A DNA stretch of 63,012 nt, counting the filler, from Octopus bimaculoides (lineage: Eukaryota), in NCBI RefSeq assembly GCF_001194135.2. It is 6 parts of 5 records of this genome, joined end to end, with 100 filler letters (N's around TTAATTAATTAA, not from the genome) between each part and the next. Parts side by side here need not be neighbours in the genome. Positions count along the whole stretch, not along the records: positions 61,446 to 63,012 come from NW_026418029.1; 5 more parts are not named here. One strand, written 5' to 3'. A program made the translations under genes and the position numbers. This document shows, in pieces, positions 62,880 through 63,012 of the stretch (positions are counted from its first letter, which is position 1; each line of letters opens with the position of its first letter). The notes beneath the pieces were generated by a model. The model searched no databases, was not told the origin of the DNA, and was given only the letters and a program-made list of their open reading frames with translations.

Positions 62880-63012
62880 ACTCTTTATTCTTTTACTTGT
62901 TTTAGTCATTTGCCTGTGGCCATGCTGGAGCACCGCCTTTAGTTGAGCAAGTCGACCACGGTACTTATTCTATGTAAGCCTAGTACTTATTCTATCGGTT
63001 TCTTTTGCCGAA
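62880..63012 (-). mobile_element. SINE family A 3' end running off the window
   Basis: TCTTTTACTTGTTTTAGTCATTTG..GGCCATGCTGGAGCACCGCCTTTAG. Confidence 0.8.

Overview
AT-rich, microsatellite-saturated animal genomic DNA from a gapped draft assembly. The SINE/LINE repertoire suggests an octopus or other coleoid cephalopod (inference, not searched). Five identical 100-bp linkers (44 N + TTAATTAATTAA + 44 N) split the window into six joined scaffold pieces, so adjacency across them is unproven. I can support one host coding exon: the BTB-domain exon of a KLHL1/4/5-type kelch-like gene (minus strand, 47161-47477). Most other recognisable sequence is mobile-element debris: three tRNA-derived SINE families, RTE, Tx1/L1, R4/Dong-type and Penelope non-LTR remnants, a Gypsy-like RT fragment, a full-length decayed mariner and several palindromic MITE-like elements. 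The most interesting signal is a set of short non-autonomous elements carrying minimal type I hammerhead-ribozyme motifs of the Penelope type. One joins a tRNA-derived Pol III head to the hammerhead and has a head-to-head inverted 5' duplication. Also notable: an exact 154-bp overlap suggests the KLHL-containing segment is misplaced or hemizygous, and decayed copies of the exon's splice acceptor lie just upstream. No prokaryotic genes, CRISPR array, rRNA or intact tRNA gene were found.
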